From an uncultured Verrucomicrobiae bacterium (GTDB taxonomy: Bacteria > Verrucomicrobiota > Verrucomicrobiia > Palsa-1439), in NCBI GenBank assembly GCA_963812605.1, contig CAWEWF010000004.1, positions 128,001-192,000 on the forward strand: a DNA stretch of 64,000 nt, written 5' to 3'. Every line of letters begins with the position of its first letter. The first letter of the stretch is position 1. Shown piece after piece: positions 58,503-64,000 of the stretch. The notes beneath the pieces were generated by a model that was not told where the DNA came from, did not search any database, and worked only from the letters and a program-made list of their open reading frames with translations. Position numbers and translations under genes: made by a program.

Positions 58503-59393
58503 TCACATCGCCAACGGCGAGCGTAGCGTGGCCCTGTACTGCGTGGGCGGCATTCCGACATATTGCTTGAACACACTGTTGAAACGCGGGATCGATCCGA
58601 AGCCGGCCGCGTACACGACCTCGCTGATGCGCAGCGACGGATCCACCAGCAGAGTTTTGGCCTTTTCCAAGCGGACGCGCGTCACGTATTCGGTGAGTGT
58701 CATGCCGGTTGTCTTCTTGAAGAGTTTACAGAAGTGAAACGGGCTGACGTGGACGTGCTGCGCCACTTGCACCAGCATTATGGACTCCTCGACGTGGGAA
58801 TGAACAAACTCCTTGGCCGAGACCACCACCAGCGGCTCCTCGTCGGAGCTGGCAATAACAAAACGGTTCGCAAAGTCGGCCAGGTACTGTGCAAACACGT
58901 TCAGCAATTTGATGATCGCCTGGAACCTTCCCACACTGACCACGGGCGTCTCGAAATAGGCCCGCCGCGCCTTTTTTTCCCAGGCGCCGTTCGGCCCGCC
59001 GCGGAGCATCCCAACCACCATCGTAAAATCCCGCTGCGTTGGCTCGCGGCGCAATACCTGCCCGCTGAGCAAACTCGCCACATGCCGTCCACCGATTACC
59101 ACGGGCACCGCGACTACGGTGAGGCCCGCAAAGCAATGGATCTGCTGCGGGCTGAGTTTCCGCGCAGCCTTCAGCTGGACGCGCCTTTCATCCTGCAAGC
59201 ACGCCTCGCAGCCCGCTGGCGTGCGGGAGACCAGAGAGCAAAACGGGTTTCCCGATGGCCCAGGGGAGAATTCCCTCTCGGGATCGTACGGAGGAACGAC
59301 CTTCAGCGACACACCCGTGGCCTTACGAAACGCCGTCTCGTAATACTTGACGACAGGCAAGTTCGCCAAATCATCGAAGACCACTTGCTTCAT
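58503..59393 (-). CDS. AraC-family regulator with PocR-type sensor domain
   Basis: F..ATG, NPFC..C..C, HCFAGL..VAVPV, GQV; C-terminal AraC double HTH. Confidence 0.9.
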   Translation of the reverse strand: MKQVVFDDLANLPVVKYYETAFRKATGVSLKVVPPYDPEREFSPGPSGNPFCSLVSRTPAGCEACLQDERRVQLKAARKLSPQQIHCFAGLTVVAVPVVIGGRHVASLLSGQVLRREPTQRDFTMVVGMLRGGPNGAWEKKARRAYFETPVVSVGRFQAIIKLLNVFAQYLADFANRFVIASSDEEPLVVVSAKEFVHSHVEESIMLVQVAQHVHVSPFHFCKLFKKTTGMTLTEYVTRVRLEKAKTLLVDPSLRISEVVYAAGFGSIPRFNSVFKQYVGMPPTQYRATLRSPLAM

Positions 59394-59578
59394 GCGCCAA
59401 AAACCTCAGCCAGCCACGCGACGTGTCTCAACTGGGGGACAGTGTAGCCTACGCCTGTTGTCCCTGTCACTCCCGTAGTGACAACCGAATCTTCCCCAAA
59501 TCCTTGCGGGTGCCGTCGTGGACCTGCAAAGAGCGAGCGAGGAGCCCGTTCGATTCAATTTCGGCGGGGCCCTGAGTA

Positions 59579-60276
59579 TCAATCCCTCACGCGCGCGATG
59601 GCCAGGCCATCGACAAATTCACGGGTCACTGTCACCACGATCGATTCCAACTTCGGATTGCCCGCAAGTTTGCGGTTGAACTCTTGAATGCCGTCCAGCA
59701 GCGAATCGTCCACGCCTGGCTTTGGCTTTTCGGGACTGCCCAGGGTCTCGGCAATCCGGCGAATGACATTGTCCGCCAGAATCAGGCTGCCGGGCCTGGT
59801 AAGCTTCAGCGCGTAATCCAAGTACAAGGGATACCCGTCTTTGTTGGCATCGATGAAGACCAAATCGAATGGCGCCGCGCCTGACTGCACCATCTTCTCC
59901 AGGGTGTCTTGAGCTGCGCCCTGTCGAATGTCGACGATCGACCGCAGTCCCGCAAGCTCCAGGTTCTTGCTGGCGACTCGAACGTAATTCTCGTCCAGCT
60001 CCAAGGATACGAGCTGCCCTTTCGGTGCAATGGCCCGGGCCAGCCAAATTGTGCTGTACCCGCCCAACAAACCGATTTCGAGCACGCGCTTCGCGTCTGA
60101 AAGTTTCGCCAGCAAATAGAGCAGCTTGCCCTCGTTCGGCGAAACATGGATCTCCGGCAAGCCGGCTTCCGTCGCCACCTTCAACGCCTCTTCCAAGACC
60201 GCGTCGCGCGGCACAAACAATCGCTCAATATACTGATCAACTTCCACGAGCAAGGGATAGGGATTTGAGGTGGCCA
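59579..60276 (-). CDS. Class I O-methyltransferase
   Basis: VLEIGLLGGYS, FDLVFIDANK, ADNV. Confidence 0.9.
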
Positions 60277-60288
60277 TAGGTAAACCTA

Positions 60289-60633
60289 TCATGCTTTCTT
60301 GAGGAGCATGTCCGTTTTCGCCGCGAAAAAGAAATCGCTTTCGGTCAACCCGTCGATCTTGTGCGTCCAAATACTGACTTTCACCTTGCCCCACGCGAGA
60401 TGGATGTCGGGATGATGTTTCTGTCGTTCGGCCAGGTCGCCGACGCGGTTCGTAAAATCGAGCGCCTCAGCGAAGTCCGCGAATTTGTATTCCTTCTCCA
60501 AGTGATGTTCGCCGACGAGTTGCCAGCCGTTATTCACGGCCCGGTGGAGCGCCTGCAATTTTTCGCCCGTCAAGGGAGGGACGCCACCTTTGCACGGGAT
60601 ACATTCCTTGGAGGCCAGGTCGCATGCATTCAT
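60289..60633 (-). CDS. Pterin-4a-carbinolamine dehydratase
   Basis: CIPCKGG, HHPDI, WTHKIDGLTESDF..AAK. Confidence 0.92.
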   Translation of the reverse strand: MNACDLASKECIPCKGGVPPLTGEKLQALHRAVNNGWQLVGEHHLEKEYKFADFAEALDFTNRVGDLAERQKHHPDIHLAWGKVKVSIWTHKIDGLTESDFFFAAKTDMLLKKA

Positions 60634-60637
60634 ATAT

Positions 60638-63600
60638 TCATTCTTTCGCCAAGTGCGGCACGGAGAGATCGGGGCGCTGGCCGAAGTCCGGTCGCCGCGG
60701 GGGATTCGTCCGCAAAGCCTTGTTGATTTCCTGAAGCGCGCGGTCCAACTGCGGGTCGCGGCCCGCCACAAAATCCTGCGGCCGCATTTCCACTTCGATG
60801 TCAGGGTCGGTCCCGTAGTTTTCCACTTGCCAACCGACATCCTTGAACCAGAACGAAAACTCCGGCTGCGTGGTGAAGCTGCCATCCATGAGCGAATGCC
60901 TCGGCCAGATGCCGATCACACCGCCCCACGTCCGTTTGCCGATCAGCGGCCCGAGTCTTAACAGCTTGAAACCGTGCGAAAAAATGTCGCCGTCGGAGCC
61001 GGCGTACTCATTCGTGATCGCGACCATCGGTCCCGCGACGGAATCGACGGGATAGGGCTGGACATTGGACCAACGGGATTGGTTGTAGGCAATGCGACGC
61101 CGCGCCAGTTTTTCCAGGATCAATTCTGACACGTGCCCGCCGCCATTGAACCTCACATCCACAACGAGGCCTTCGCGGTCGATCTCGCTGAGGAAATAGC
61201 GATGAAACTCGGAATAGCCCTGCGGTCCCATGTTGGGGATGTGCACGTACCCCACCCGCCCTTTCGTGCGCTCGTGCACAAAACGGCGGTTCGTTTCGAC
61301 CCATTCGCGATAGCGGGCCGGGAACTCGCTCGCCAGCGTCTTCACGGCGACCGTGCGCGCGCCTCTGCCTTTGGCGTCGCCGACGGTGATCAGCACTTCC
61401 TCGTCCGACTGATTCACGAGCAGCGCGTTCGGGTGCGTTGCGGCATCGAGACGGCGCCCGCCAATCGCCAGCAACGTGTCGCCTTCGCGCACATTGACGG
61501 CGGGCGCCACCAACGAGGAGCGCGCCTCTTCATCCCACGGATCGCCCTGGACGATGTGCGCGATTTTCCACGCCTTGACTGCCGCATCATAAACAAAATC
61601 CGCACCAAGCAGCCCGAGATCGTAGCGTGGCGGCTGACGGTGGTCGCCGCCGAATTCGTAGGCGTGCGACGTGCCGAGTTCCCCCTGCATTTCCCACATC
61701 AGGTCGGAGAATTCCGCGCGGGTGGCGATGCGCTCGACCAGCGGCAGGTAACGGTCGTATACCGCCTGCCAGTTCACCTTCGACATGTCCGCGGTCCAGA
61801 ACTGATCGCGTTGCAGTCGCCAGGCTTCGCGATACATTTGCCGCCATTCCGCGGGCGGTTTGACGGAAACCTTGACGCGAGCGAGGTCAATCCACCCGCT
61901 CTTCTTCCCGGGCGGTTCCTTCACCAGTTTCTCGTCGGGTTTTTCGCCGGCCTTCAGCACGCGCAAGCGCCGGCCCGCGCGATAGGCCAGCGTCTTGCGG
62001 TCGCCAGAAACGCGAAGTACGACATCTTCGCGACCAGCTCCTCCGCCTTCTGGGTCTCGAAATCGAACACTTCCAGCGTGGCCTTCCCTTGCGGCTCCGA
62101 TGACGGCGGCCAACTGTCGCCACCCAGGCTGCCTTCAATCGGCAGCGAAGTGAACAACACCTTGCCGCGAATGCCCGCGATCTGCTGGTAGCGACCATCT
62201 TCCACCGGAAACGCGAGGATGCGCGACTCGATGCCGTCGAAGTCGATCGTTACCGCCGCCTTTTTCTTCGCCTCCGCTTTGGCTTTGGCCTCGTCCTTCT
62301 TATCTTCCGGCGGTTTGGGCACGGGAACGAATGGCGAGGGCGTATCTTTGCGCAGCGTCACCAGGTACGGCTTCACGCCGCGCGGAAAGCCGAGATCGAA
62401 ATGGAGATTGTCGTAGACCGGATCAAACACGCGGTAGGAGAGGAAGTACAAAAACTTGCCGGCCGGATCGAACGACGGCGAAACGTCCTGCAACACGGGC
62501 CGGGTGACCAGGTGCACCTTCCCCGTTTTCACCTCGCACACCCGGATTGCCGACGTGTGCTGGCTCAAGGCGCAACTGTACGCAATCCAGCGTCCATCCG
62601 GCGACCAATCGAACCCCGCGATCTGCGCCCACGCGCTTTTATCCAGCACGCGCGTCTTGCGCGATTTCAAATCAACCAACAGCAATTCGTTGCGATGGTT
62701 CGACAGCGCCACTCGATCCGCTTTCGGGTCCACGCGCATCTCGATGACCCGGCCGATGCCCAGTCCGCTCAAGCGCGTCGTCTTCGCAAAACCATCGGTA
62801 CTATGAATCTCCAGGGTCTCCTCGCCCTCGGCGTCGCTGACGAGCACGATCCGCTTGCCGTCATTCAGCCAGCGTGGCAGGCGACGGCGCGCGGTGTCCG
62901 CATCGCCATGTTGGAGAACCGGCCCCTCCCAATTTCCCATCGTGAAACACTTGCCGCGCGTGCCGAGCGCCAGCAGGTGGCCTTGCGGATGCGGTTCGAA
63001 GCTGTCCAAATACTTCGCCGCGTCCACGAACTTCCGTTGCCGCTGCGTGCGCGGGCTGTCGTACTCCATCTCGATCCGGGCCGTCGTATTCGTCGCGGGA
63101 TCAAAAACAAACAGGTCTGCGCCGGCATGGTAAACAATGCGCCGTCCGTCCGTCGCGGGATGGCGCGCGTAGAAATTTTCGTGATGCGTGTGCCGCTTGC
63201 AGGCCCTTGCCCGTGGGCGTGCAGGACCAGAGATTGCCGACCGATTCATGGTCGGAAAGAAAATAAATGCGCGAGCCGATCCACAGCGGGCGGGAGAGAT
63301 TGCCTTTCAGTTGGATCAGCCGGCGGAACTGTCCGCTACCGATGGGATCGATCCACAGATCGCCCGCCGTGCCGCCGCGATAACGCTTCCAGCGCGCGGG
63401 ATCAAGCGCGTTGCGACCGATGACGCAACCGCCGTTCGGCCCGAACGAAATCGACTGGGCGGGTCCGGTCGGCAGCAATTCCGGCGCGCCGCCATCCAGC
63501 CCGATGGTCCATAAACGCGGCGGACTGCCGAATGGTTGTTGCGCGTTGCTGTTGAAAATGATTTTGCCCGACTCGGTCCAGCCGGCGACCAGCGTGTTCG

Positions 63601-63859
63601 CTCCCAGATACGTGAGTCTCCGCGCTTCGCCGCCTTCCGCGGGCATCACGTACACTTCCAGGCTGCCTTCATCGCGTCCACTGAACGCCAGCCATTTGCC
63701 ATCGCGCGAGAGCGCGGGATGGCTGACCGAGCCGAGGCCGGAGGTGAGCCGCCGCGCGATTCCGCCGCTGGCGGGAACCGTCCAAAGATCATCATCGCTG
63801 ACAAAGACAACCACGCCGTTGTGAATCGTCGGAAATCGGTAGTAGCCCTGCGTTTTCAT
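60638..63859 (-). CDS. Tricorn-type S41 protease (two frameshifts, near 63200 and 62020)
   Basis: Propeller repeats, WKRYRGG, GELGTSH, PDZ, DVRFNGGG, AGSDGDIF, RTWGG, ENYGTDPDIEV. Confidence 0.92.
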
Positions 63860-64000
63860 AAAGTGCCCGCAAGTTATACGCGGGCATGGTTTCCGTTGTG
63901 AAAGAATAAAGTCGTCAGTGTCATCCTATCATCCCCACGGGAAACCTGGTCGACAGAATAGCCATCGTCCTGTCAGTACTTCGACATGGGTTCTGAAACT

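Overview
High-GC bacterial genomic window, probably Verrucomicrobiota (inferred from the dcw cluster: ftsZ/ftsA present, a MurC-MurB fusion, and a LysM gene between murD and ftsW). Nearly all housekeeping genes are on the minus strand: a complete dcw cluster (mraZ to ftsZ), metG, a WecA/GT4/GT-C glycosylation trio, fmt, adk, futalosine menaquinone genes (mqnA/C/E, ubiA, ubiX), hemL, hrpB and a tricorn protease. Many genes, including essential ones, are split by single-base frameshifts. These are most likely long-read indel errors, so I joined the fragments. Accessory content: (i) a ~2.3 kb IS1595 element with clear terminal IRs carrying small cargo genes; (ii) many REP/MITE-type palindromes, two of them inserted in frame in hrpB; (iii) a NurA-HerA nuclease/ATPase pair without Mre11/Rad50 nearby; (iv) a HigBA-type TA pair and a small GIY-YIG nuclease; (v) an operon next to a PocR-AraC regulator that joins an outer-membrane porin, three monoheme cytochromes c and a b6-like Rieske/cytochrome b, the best candidate for an undescribed trans-envelope electron-transfer system. 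No rRNA, tRNA or CRISPR array was recognised. All family assignments come from motif recognition by eye, not database searches.
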